In this document: positions 20,009 to 27,833 of the stretch, one piece after another
Layout: every line of letters begins with the position of its first letter
Position numbering within the stretch: the stretch's first letter is position 1
From: an uncultured virus (IMG/VR IMGVR_UViG_3300046471_000063)
Taxonomy: Duplodnaviria; Heunggongvirae; Uroviricota; Caudoviricetes
Reading direction: 5' to 3' (one strand)
Virus record (IMG/VR): IMGVR_UViG_3300046471_000063
Length of the DNA: 64,000 nt
Notes under the pieces: model-generated
Told to the model about the DNA's origin: nothing
What the model saw: only the letters and a program-made list of their open reading frames with translations
The model's database searches: none
Program-made: the position numbers and the translations under genes

Positions 20009-20032
20009 GCCCGCCGAGTGCGGGCTTTTTTT
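20009..20032 (+). terminator. Intrinsic terminator
   Basis: GCCCGC-cgagt-GCGGGC + T7. Confidence 0.8.
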
Positions 20033-20047
20033 CGTCTGGAGAAAGTG

Positions 20048-20473
20048 ATGGACGTGACTGAAAAAGATCGTGATGTGCTGGCGCGAACCCTGTGGGGCGA
20101 AGCACGCGGGGAGGGGCTGGCGGGTATGGTGGCCGTAGCCTGGACGATCCGCAACCGGGTCGACGACGGCAAGGACAGATCATGGTGGGGCGAGGGCTAT
20201 GCCGGCGTCTGTCAGAAGCCATACCAGTTCAGCTGCTGGAACAAGAACGACCCGAACTATCCATACCTGAGTGGCGCGAAGCCGATCCCCGCGGCTGAGT
20301 TCACGATGTGTCGTCTCGCTGCCGAGCAGGTCATTGGTGGGCTGAAGCCTGACCCAACCGGCGGCGCGACTCACTATTACGCGACCACCATGCCGAAGCC
20401 ACCGGCCTGGGCTGCGAAGGCGAAGCAGACGCTGAAGCTCGGGCACCACATCTTCTTCAGGGACGTGCCATGA
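20048..20473 (+). CDS. Endolysin, SleB/Hydrolase_2-type cell wall hydrolase
   Basis: LARTLWGEARGE, YQFSCWN, DPTGGATHYY, GHHIFF. Confidence 0.9.
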   Translation: MDVTEKDRDVLARTLWGEARGEGLAGMVAVAWTIRNRVDDGKDRSWWGEGYAGVCQKPYQFSCWNKNDPNYPYLSGAKPIPAAEFTMCRLAAEQVIGGLKPDPTGGATHYYATTMPKPPAWAAKAKQTLKLGHHIFFRDVP

Positions 20474-21000
20474 GCCCAGCTGCTGCGCTTTATCTGAAGA
20501 TCGGCGGCGCGCTGGCGGTCCTCCTCAGCATCGCGGCGATTCTCTACGGCGCCTATCACCACGGCGAATTGGTGGCCGATGCGCGCTGGCAGCTGAAATG
20601 GGCCGATCAGCAGACACTTCAGGCCAAAGGCCTCGCCGCTGCTACGTCCGAAAACCGAACCGAAGAACAGCGCCGCCAGACGGCGGTCAACCAGGTGGGA
20701 AATGATGCGAGACAACAACAGGCTGTTGCGACTGCTGACGCTGTCAGTGCTGATGCTGCTGGCGACCGGGTGCGCGACCAAGCAGGAAAACTGGCTGCCA
20801 GCGCAAGTTGCACCACCGGCGATCCCGGCGCTTCCCAGCGAAGCGAAACAGCCACTCGCGCCGCAATGGTGCTCTCCGACCTGTTCCAGCGCGCTGACAA
20901 AAGAGCGGGAGAACTGGCAAAAGCTTATGACGCCGCCCGAATAGCGGGATGGGCCTGCGAGCAATCTTACAAGTCAGTAGCGGGCGATCGTGGCGGGTAA
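20470..21000 (+). CDS. i-spanin (Rz-like, DUF2514-type)
   Basis: N-terminal TM, coiled coil, CEQSY end; follows endolysin. Confidence 0.8.
   Translation: MSPAAALYLKIGGALAVLLSIAAILYGAYHHGELVADARWQLKWADQQTLQAKGLAAATSENRTEEQRRQTAVNQVGNDARQQQAVATADAVSADAAGDRVRDQAGKLAASASCTTGDPGASQRSETATRAAMVLSDLFQRADKRAGELAKAYDAARIAGWACEQSYKSVAGDRGG
20702..20944 (+). CDS. o-spanin (Rz1-like lipoprotein) nested in Rz
   Basis: +1 frame inside Rz; lipobox ATGC; Pro-rich. Confidence 0.75.
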   Translation: MMRDNNRLLRLLTLSVLMLLATGCATKQENWLPAQVAPPAIPALPSEAKQPLAPQWCSPTCSSALTKERENWQKLMTPPE

Positions 21001-21390
21001 CAGAGATTGAACAGCCTCTATCAGCGTATTGATAGGCCATGGCTTCTGAAGGTAGGTCACGCCCTCCGGAATGGATGACGTATCAAGTTCGTAGCCGCTG
21101 GTGAGAATGACCGGTACGTCAGGCCATTTATGTCGAACCATAGACGCGAGCTCCGCACCTTTAATCTGGCCCGGAACGCCATGGTCTGTGATGAGCAGTG
21201 AGCATTTTCCGCGGGATTCCACGACATGCATCAATGCATCGTCCGCTGTAACAAACGTCACAGTTTCTGCCTCAACGTCCACGAGGAGCTCAGTCATCAG
21301 CGTTCGTAGAAGGGGGTCGTCTTCGACAATCACGATCTCCCTGGCCGGGGGAAAAGTCTCCGTTCGGTCCGGTTTCACGACGTCCTCCAA
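20974..21390 (-). CDS. Stand-alone response regulator receiver (CheY-like)
   Basis: VEDD, LLITD, TSGY and KP motifs all present; no output domain. Confidence 0.88.
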   Translation of the reverse strand: MEDVVKPDRTETFPPAREIVIVEDDPLLRTLMTELLVDVEAETVTFVTADDALMHVVESRGKCSLLITDHGVPGQIKGAELASMVRHKWPDVPVILTSGYELDTSSIPEGVTYLQKPWPINTLIEAVQSLLPATIARY

Positions 21391-21496
21391 ACATGTGTGC
21401 CAGGCTGATTCAAAGCTCGCAGGGAGAAAAATAGCAGCCTTTCAGACGGTCAGCTACCGATGTTGCCGACAAATAATCTGTGCTAGTTAGGGCTTT

Positions 21497-21763
21497 TCAC
21501 CAAATCAGCTTCTGCGGCTCAGTGCATGCCGTGCAACTCAGCTCCCCTAATCGTAAATTCACGGCGTTTTCGAATAGCACATACAGCGCTTCAATCTCAA
21601 AATCATACAACCCGCTTAAAACCTCAAAGCCCCGCACGACACCTTCGGCGAGCAAGCCAGACTGAACGACAGTATTGTTATCACTGGCGTCATTTATTAA
21701 CTTTAAAATCCGGAGACACTCAGCCTTCACTGAACCTGGCAGGTCATCTTGATCTAGGATCAT
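21497..21763 (-). CDS. Hypothetical protein
   Basis: GGAGG RBS before ATG 21763. Confidence 0.65.
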   Translation of the reverse strand: MILDQDDLPGSVKAECLRILKLINDASDNNTVVQSGLLAEGVVRGFEVLSGLYDFEIEALYVLFENAVNLRLGELSCTACTEPQKLIW

Positions 21764-22077
21764 CGCTGCCTCCGTTTGAAGGAATCGAGTTGTACTGTGG
21801 GTATAGGCTATTTGGAGCGCTTTGCGGTTACCACTCGGCATATCGGGCACTCTGCTATCGCGCCCATATTGCCAGCATTGCCGTCACGATCCATACACAT
21901 AAAATGCCGCCCACACGGATTTGGGCGAAACCATGGACCTTCGACTTGCTGGGTTATCCTTTCTCCTGACCCTCACCTGGGTAGGCATCGTCCTGAGCCT
22001 GTTCTGGATCTACGTCTGATCCCTCCGTCGCAAATCACCTCATACAGTATTGACCCGTGCCCTGTGATTCTCATTAA

Positions 22078-22093
22078 CTGGACGCATATACAG
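22078..22093. promoter_or_regulatory. LexA (SOS) box
   Basis: CTGGACGCATATACAG (CTG-N10-CAG, followed by TA) 15 bp before ATG 22109. Confidence 0.75.
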
Positions 22094-22108
22094 TATTGAG
22101 CGACCGCC

Positions 22109-22402
22109 ATGCATTTTCTTGTAACCCCTCGCCGACGCCTTGGCGTGGCGCTGACTGCCAAAGAGGTCAGAGACGCCACACCTATAAAGGGTGACGTCCA
22201 GATGAATGAATCAGGCAACAGCACCCTGGGCCGCGGAACGGTCGAGGCATTCATCATGAGGACAGGAGCAGGACCTGACATTCTTCCGCGATTGCTCGAC
22301 GCGAAGGTGACCGGCTTGGGAACGACGGGCTTGAATATAACCGGCGTCGAAGAAGTCGACGGAGCTTTCTATTTCCAGTCGTGGTGGTGTCGGTTTGGTT
22401 GA
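22109..22402 (+). CDS. Hypothetical protein, probably SOS-inducible
   Basis: ORF directly behind SOS box. Confidence 0.75.
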   Translation: MHFLVTPRRRLGVALTAKEVRDATPIKGDVQMNESGNSTLGRGTVEAFIMRTGAGPDILPRLLDAKVTGLGTTGLNITGVEEVDGAFYFQSWWCRFG

Positions 22403-22673
22403 GAATCCTCTGGCTGATTGGCGGGTCGCAATCAAGGCTCGAGATGATCTGGTCACCGATCCGGAGGCTCATCGGCGCAAGCTGGTCGAACTGGCCATGC
22501 TCGCGCGCCGCCGGAACCAGGTCAGCGCTGAAGAGTTGAACGAAATGCTCGAGCTTTCGGACGCGGCCAAGCTCTGGGGATTACTCGAATGGGAGGAGGC
22601 CGAACTCATCGGCATTTTCGCTGGCGGCAGGTGCCTGGAGGATGGCATTCAAATAATGAGAGGGAGAGGGTGA
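22395..22673 (+). CDS. Hypothetical protein
   Basis: Overlaps the previous ORF by 8 nt; helical. Confidence 0.65.
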   Translation: MVENPLADWRVAIKARDDLVTDPEAHRRKLVELAMLARRRNQVSAEELNEMLELSDAAKLWGLLEWEEAELIGIFAGGRCLEDGIQIMRGRG

Positions 22674-22739
22674 TCGTCGGCAGAACGCCGGAGGATGGTA
22701 GGTCTGGTGGCTACGTCCGTGTACGCAGCCCCCATAGCC

Positions 22740-22892
22740 TTACAGCATCGCCAAGACGACAGTAGCCAAAAGAGCCAGTGCAACAGCGGACACCGGATCA
22801 ATGCCCATCGAGCCTAAGCCGATGGCCATGCTACCGAACGCATAAATGCGCTTGTGCAAAACTGCTGAACCAGCTTGTTTAGATATACCCAT
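22740..22892 (-). CDS. 50-aa hydrophobic peptide (absent from ORF track)
   Basis: GGGAGG RBS; MGISKQAGSAVLHKRIYAFGSMAIGLGSMGIDPVSAVALALLATVVLAML*. Confidence 0.6.
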   Translation of the reverse strand: MGISKQAGSAVLHKRIYAFGSMAIGLGSMGIDPVSAVALALLATVVLAML

Positions 22893-23251
22893 GGGTAATC
22901 CTCCCTTGCTGTTCTCCCAGTCTCATGATGTGGCTGGCGGGGAGGTTCAGACTGTTGCTGTTTCTTCGCGTGTTCACTGGACACAAAGGGTCAGCAGCCC
23001 AACCAGTTCAGCGGCAATACCGGTTGAGGCCGGTAATGTCGAAACGATGGCCTAAGCATGCCGTGAAGAAGCCAGCCGCGCAATAGGTTAACGGAACCGA
23101 TGCATGCGATTACTAGGGCGGGATGATGCGCAAAACCTCCCCTACAGGCCGCGTGTTTTCGTTTGCAAAATCACAGGAAACGCCGTATTTTGCAGGCTCT
23201 ATTAGGGGCTATTTTCTATATGAATCATGCGGTTGCGTGCGTACAGGCCCC

Positions 23252-23299
23252 AGCATGGGGTGCTAGGGGTCGAGTGTTCGAATCACTCCGTCCCGACCA
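23252..23299 (+). other. att core: 3' part of tRNA-Pro(GGG), not an intact tRNA
   Basis: AGCATGGGGTGCT anticodon arm, GTTCGAATC T-loop, CCA end; 5' acceptor strand and D-arm absent; next to integrase. Confidence 0.9.
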
Positions 23300-23357
23300 T
23301 ATTTTGTAAAGGGAATCAGCCACTTACCGGCTCGATTCCCTTTTTCATTTCTGGCTT

Positions 23358-23388
23358 GCGCAAAACCCGCGCAAAACTGGCGCAAAAC
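23358..23388 (+). repeat. Three GCGCAAAAC direct repeats (integrase arm-type sites)
   Basis: Copies at 23358, 23369 and 23380 (11-bp period); a fourth at 23128-23136. Confidence 0.8.
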
Positions 23389-24503
23389 TATCCGGCGATG
23401 TCGCTGATATCGAGGTCCGGAATGGCCTCCGACCAGATAACCTCCGCGTGCTCCTTCTGGTAGTTTTTGGTCATCTCCTCGCTGGCGTGCCCGGCGATCT
23501 TCTGCCCATCTTTACCGGCTTTCTTGTACAGGTGCAGCGACAGTGCCCGGACTTCGTGGAAGCCTGGCATCTCTTCTTCCTTCCATCCCTTGTAACTATC
23601 CGCCGCATCCCTGGCGTCCTTGAATGCGCGCGTCAGGTAGCGTTCTTCGACCTTGGTCCAGTGTTCTTTGGACTCGGCCTGCTTTTGCCGCTTACGATCA
23701 GGTCTGCGGTGCACCAGGAATGGGGAGACGACGTTGTCACGACAATGGCTGATCACGCGGTGCAGCTCTGGCGTCACCTTGAACCTGATCCACGCCGCGT
23801 CGCTGGCTTTCGCTGTCTTCTGCTGAACCACGTATAGATAACCGTCCCTCACGTCTTCGAACTTCATAGCGAGGATATCGGTACGCCGCTGCGCAGTGAT
23901 CAACGCCAAATCGATCGCGTTTTGCAGCCAGGCGGGTGCTTTCTCCCGAATTGCCTTGAGGCCATCGACCGTATGCCGTTTGCGGGTTTTCTTCTCGATG
24001 CGGTTGATGGTGCTCGCCGCGGGGTTGTCGGGGCACAGCCCCTTGGCCGCAGCGTGATTGAAAATGTCGATCAGCAGCGCCCGGCACTGGTTGGCTGTGC
24101 GCGGCGTCAACAAGTCGAGCATTTGCGCGATCATGCGGATCGAGATCTGATCGACAGCCTTCCCTTCGAACTCACGTCGGAATCTGCGGAAGTGCACGGC
24201 GTAAAGTCCGAGCGTTCCCTTCGACAGCTCGCGCGGCGGCAGCACGTTCTTCTCGTACTCATCCAGGAAGGCGGTGAACAGCTCGGCTGATTCGCCCAGT
24301 ACTACACCGACAAGGTCGGCGCCCTGCATGAATGCCAGGTTCAGTTGCTTGGCCGCATCCACAGCCTTAACCCGGTCGGTGCCGAACTGAAACCACTTTC
24401 CATCAGTTGGGCGCCGGTACCGGTATGTCCCTCGCCGGTCATCCAGGTAAAGGTTCTGCGGCAAGCCTTTGTTCGACTTGTTGCGCGGCCGTGGGACCAT
24501 CAT
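23388..24503 (-). CDS. int: Tyrosine integrase (lambda-like arm-binding N-terminus)
   Basis: TAQRR, QQKT, FHEVR, AGH, TKNY catalytic motifs; start at 24503 or 24500. Confidence 0.95.
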   Translation of the reverse strand: MMVPRPRNKSNKGLPQNLYLDDRRGTYRYRRPTDGKWFQFGTDRVKAVDAAKQLNLAFMQGADLVGVVLGESAELFTAFLDEYEKNVLPPRELSKGTLGLYAVHFRRFRREFEGKAVDQISIRMIAQMLDLLTPRTANQCRALLIDIFNHAAAKGLCPDNPAASTINRIEKKTRKRHTVDGLKAIREKAPAWLQNAIDLALITAQRRTDILAMKFEDVRDGYLYVVQQKTAKASDAAWIRFKVTPELHRVISHCRDNVVSPFLVHRRPDRKRQKQAESKEHWTKVEERYLTRAFKDARDAADSYKGWKEEEMPGFHEVRALSLHLYKKAGKDGQKIAGHASEEMTKNYQKEHAEVIWSEAIPDLDISDIAG

Positions 24504-24712
24504 GCAGCTCCTTTCAATACCATCGCGACGAGATCGTTGCCGGCGGCTTTGTTGAACGCCGCCCAGTCGATATACCAGAGTTTGCCGATCTGCTCGCCCG
24601 GGAGCTTGCCATCTCGGATGTAGTTGCGGATTGCCTGGGGGCACGGCGGTGTCCCGTTTTCTCCCCAGCGTCGGCGCTGGAACTCACTGATCTTGATCAG
24701 TTCGCGCTTCAT
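24500..24712 (-). CDS. xis: Excisionase
   Basis: Small basic winged-helix-like protein overlapping the int start. Confidence 0.75.
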   Translation of the reverse strand: MKRELIKISEFQRRRWGENGTPPCPQAIRNYIRDGKLPGEQIGKLWYIDWAAFNKAAGNDLVAMVLKGAA

Positions 24713-24732
24713 GGGTTACCTCCGTCCGGGGT

Positions 24733-25239
24733 CTATGCGGGGTTGAGTGGCGGGTACTTCGCCAGAACTTCGTCGGCAACTTTCATCGCGGCTTGGGCGT
24801 CGTCCACGTAGGCCGGATCGAAGCCGCCGGCGTAATGGATGGTTGCCTGGCAGGCGCGGAGGTTTTCGTGAGTTAGCTTGAGCGCCGCGGTCAACGCTTC
24901 GCGCATCTCTCCCTCGGCCCTGCACATGTCCCAGAAGCGTTTCTCCCAATGGCCCTCGGGCGGCGGGTTCGAGTTCTGGTATCCGAACGCCATGGCGCCG
25001 ACGATGCTGTCGCACAGATCGCGCTTATAGGCGTTGTCGCCCTCGATGCTCAAGCCCCGCCGACGTATTGCGCTGACCAACTCGTCCCGATCAAGACCTT
25101 GGTCCTCAATGACGATGTCCCGCTCGGGCTCGCCTGGGGTGTAGATGACAAGCGCCAACCTGGCACCGGGAAGGCAGTGCTCGCTGAGTTTGACCAGCGC
25201 GTCGTTGGCGGCTTGGTGGAAACGTTGAACTGCAGACAT
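24733..25239 (-). CDS. Hypothetical early phage protein
   Basis: GAGGA RBS before MSAVQRFH. Confidence 0.7.
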   Translation of the reverse strand: MSAVQRFHQAANDALVKLSEHCLPGARLALVIYTPGEPERDIVIEDQGLDRDELVSAIRRRGLSIEGDNAYKRDLCDSIVGAMAFGYQNSNPPPEGHWEKRFWDMCRAEGEMREALTAALKLTHENLRACQATIHYAGGFDPAYVDDAQAAMKVADEVLAKYPPLNPA

Positions 25240-25637
25240 AGGAAATCCTCGCCCGCCATACATCGGCGTGCATCTTGATAAAGGGGAAGGGGTTAGAGGT
25301 TTACGGACTGGGCAATTGCGACAGACTTCGCGGCTGAGTCGGTGCGAAATATGAGGTTGCGGATCTCTACCCTGTCCGGCTGGTGTATTCTGAGTACGCT
25401 ACACTTGCTCCGCTCACCTCGCGAAGTCTCGGACGCTGAACTCAAGGCCGGTTACTCCACTGCCATAGGGCGGCTCGGTTTGCAGTGATCAGCCGGTACT
25501 AAACTGCGCAGCGATACTCAGGAGTTGTAGGGATCACCAACCGCTGCCGCGCTTTCAGGCGTCAGCGGCTTTTAAACTAATCTAAAAATTTACTGACATG
25601 GCCCAAAGATCCCGCCGTGAGCGCTCGTACTACTGGC

Positions 25638-26411
25638 TTACAGCCGCTCCATGGGTAGCTCTCCCAGTACCAACTTAGTCGGCTGCAAATATGGAAATCT
25701 GTCGGAGCACATCATAGTGGCCTGGACAACTAGTGAAGCGTCGTCATGCTTTGCATTATCGTCTTCATACGGCGTTACGATCAGTGAGAGTTTGTCTTGA
25801 ACGCCTTCAGCGGTATTAATCGAGACGATTCGACACCTCCTATCAGCCGGGAAGTCAACGAGAGCGAGGTGATCGCCGGTGATTCCATAATGAAGGATAT
25901 CGCATAGCTCGCCCGAATATGCTTTATGCCTAAGGTGTAGGCATGTCGAGTACTTCAAATTGCAAATAGAGCAGATTTGTTGTTTGGCAGTGAACCCAGC
26001 GCTGACAAAGTTCTGCTTTGGAAAGATGAGCTGTTCTATGGTTGTTAATCGAAGGCTAATTTCTCCGCCGTGCTGAAAACCTTCGTGGGCTCGACAAGCG
26101 TCCATTAAGGCCATCTGAGCGGCTACATACTGATCCCATGCTTCATTTGGTTTGTCGAACTTAAGCAATATCCACATTCTTATTTCGCTCAGCACCGCAC
26201 CAGCGGCACACTGGTAGCCTAGGAAAAGATTGGCAACATTCTCCTCTCCATGCTCGATCGCTTTCTTCTTATTTAGCAGAGCATAATAAATCAGATTTTC
26301 TAATATTCCGCACTGCTCAAGCTGGAGCTTTGTGTCCCTTGCGGGTGAACTGAATTCTTCTGCAGTTTTTATTATGGAGTTGTACTGCTGAATTATTTCG
26401 TCCAAGTTCAT
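25638..26411 (-). CDS. Cys-rich protein with prohead-protease-like C-terminal motifs; candidate defence gene
   Basis: AT-rich; FVSAGF...CSIC...C.H...C...DHLALVDFPADRRCRI. Confidence 0.7.
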   Translation of the reverse strand: MNLDEIIQQYNSIIKTAEEFSSPARDTKLQLEQCGILENLIYYALLNKKKAIEHGEENVANLFLGYQCAAGAVLSEIRMWILLKFDKPNEAWDQYVAAQMALMDACRAHEGFQHGGEISLRLTTIEQLIFPKQNFVSAGFTAKQQICSICNLKYSTCLHLRHKAYSGELCDILHYGITGDHLALVDFPADRRCRIVSINTAEGVQDKLSLIVTPYEDDNAKHDDASLVVQATMMCSDRFPYLQPTKLVLGELPMERL

Positions 26412-26911
26412 TGCTCAATTCTTTCTAAGATGCTTGAAAGCTCGGCCATGCCCTCTATTGGCCCGCTGTACGATAATTTTCTAAACTCACCGGTCTTGGT
26501 TTCCCTAATTATGTTGAGTTTTACAGTTTGAGTCTTGCTACCTTTGAATGCGTCATAAAGATAGTTTGTGATGAGCCCGAGTATCACTGACGTCACGTTC
26601 GGGTTCTGAAGGAGCGCAGCTAGTGGAATGAGGATGGTTGGGCCAAACCAGTCGTCGCTGTAGTTCTGGTGGTAGACGATACCTTCGTTAGAATCAAATA
26701 ATTCTTGATAGGGGATCTGGTTTTGATTGAGCAGAGTCCTCAGCGTGTCGGCCTCAGCAGCCTGAACTAACTCGGCGACCTCGGTTGCCGAGAAAATATT
26801 ATCCGGAACCACTGAAATTTCACTGATCGGTGCCGCACCGAGACGCGTGAGTTTCGCCATAAAATCGGGTAACGCGTGGTTTTCAATTGCCATTGTCTTG
26901 TGTCCTTTCAT
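26408..26911 (-). CDS. Protein with internal hydrophobic hairpin; partner of 25638-26411
   Basis: AT-rich; ATGA overlap with downstream gene. Confidence 0.75.
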   Translation of the reverse strand: MKGHKTMAIENHALPDFMAKLTRLGAAPISEISVVPDNIFSATEVAELVQAAEADTLRTLLNQNQIPYQELFDSNEGIVYHQNYSDDWFGPTILIPLAALLQNPNVTSVILGLITNYLYDAFKGSKTQTVKLNIIRETKTGEFRKLSYSGPIEGMAELSSILERIEQ

Positions 26912-27094
26912 AATTGTGGTTTACCGCTCGCCAGCATGAGGGGCACGCAACTCCCTTACCCGCAGCCCTTGCGGAACGTTCTCTACTAACCTTTGAGTCC
27001 AAATTGTGCCGCTTGCCTTTTATAGCCGCCGTCAAGGCGCCGCGCCAGCAAATACAGGTTCAGTTCTAGCAATCGGTGCGGTATCCGCTGTGGC

Positions 27095-27421
27095 TCATGT
27101 CGTCATCATTGGTCTGACCCAGACGCAGACAGGACCGTCTTCAGTATCGTGAATCGAGAAGATGAACCAGCCGTCACCGGCAGGCTTCGTCGGTGTCCAA
27201 GGTGTGCAATCGATTTCCCCTTCGCCAAACCAGGCAGCTACCCAGTCTTCTGGGCCATCGTTTTCCATTTCAACGAGGCCGAGCTCAAGACCGTGCTCGG
27301 CGAACCAGCTATAGGGGGGCTGACTTTCTTCGCCGTCATCCGGCCAGGCTGGGTGTGTCCATTGGCCGTACTAGTCGCGCTCGACCGGCAATTGACTTAT
27401 TTCCTGCTTTTCTTCAGGCAT
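27095..27421 (-). pseudogene. Early phage gene with in-frame TAG at codon 17
   Basis: MPEEKQEISQLPVERD*YGQWTHP...GWFIFSIHDTEDGP; RBS present; frame continues 91 more codons. Confidence 0.75.
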
Positions 27422-27566
27422 GACTTCGTCCTCGCCGCATACGCAGCAGGCAATTGGAATGAGATATATAAGCCGTCGATCCGGTTAAATTGAATTAGCT
27501 GATCAACCACGACTCACAGATAGATGGAATCGATAACCGATTGCTTTTAGTAAGTAGGTTTTCCGC

Positions 27567-27785
27567 ATGCAGACCGCAGACGATTTCCGTTTCACAGCCC
27601 ATTCGCTTCTACTTGCCTTGGATGAGTCGACCATCAATATGATGAAGATAGTGGTGCTCTCTTCCATGGGAAGTCCTGCCTGGAAGTCTGCCGTCATCGT
27701 TCAGCAGGCGTCGTTCGCCGCTCTGCATCTGCACCTCGGGCACGTAGACGCTCCAGCTTTAATGCTGCAGGGGTCGGCCCGATAG
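27567..27785 (+). CDS. Antisense moron, 72-aa hypothetical protein
   Basis: Opposite to operon; lies inside a 13-bp direct repeat. Confidence 0.55.
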   Translation: MQTADDFRFTAHSLLLALDESTINMMKIVVLSSMGSPAWKSAVIVQQASFAALHLHLGHVDAPALMLQGSAR

Positions 27786-27833
27786 CCGCGCAGCAGGCAA
27801 TAGGGATAGGGTGGGGTCGAACGGGCGGCGGGG

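Larger units (their letters stand above)
1..23299 (+). mobile_element. Prophage 1 (siphovirus, lambda-like tail), right part; left end outside window
   Basis: Collinear capsid-neck-tail-fibre-lysis genes ending at a tRNA 3' fragment. Confidence 0.95.

Noticed and set aside
23225..23299. Intact tRNA-Pro gene
   Set aside because: The sequence upstream of the anticodon arm cannot form the D-arm or the 5' acceptor strand; this is only the duplicated 3' att fragment
24504..24644. N-terminal extension of the integrase
   Set aside because: Overlaps xis; the integrase-like N-terminus starts at 24503 or 24500
27371..27373. TAG recoding or alternative genetic code
   Set aside because: Other genes end normally at TAG (5496, 11656, 52567); a single nonsense mutation is simpler
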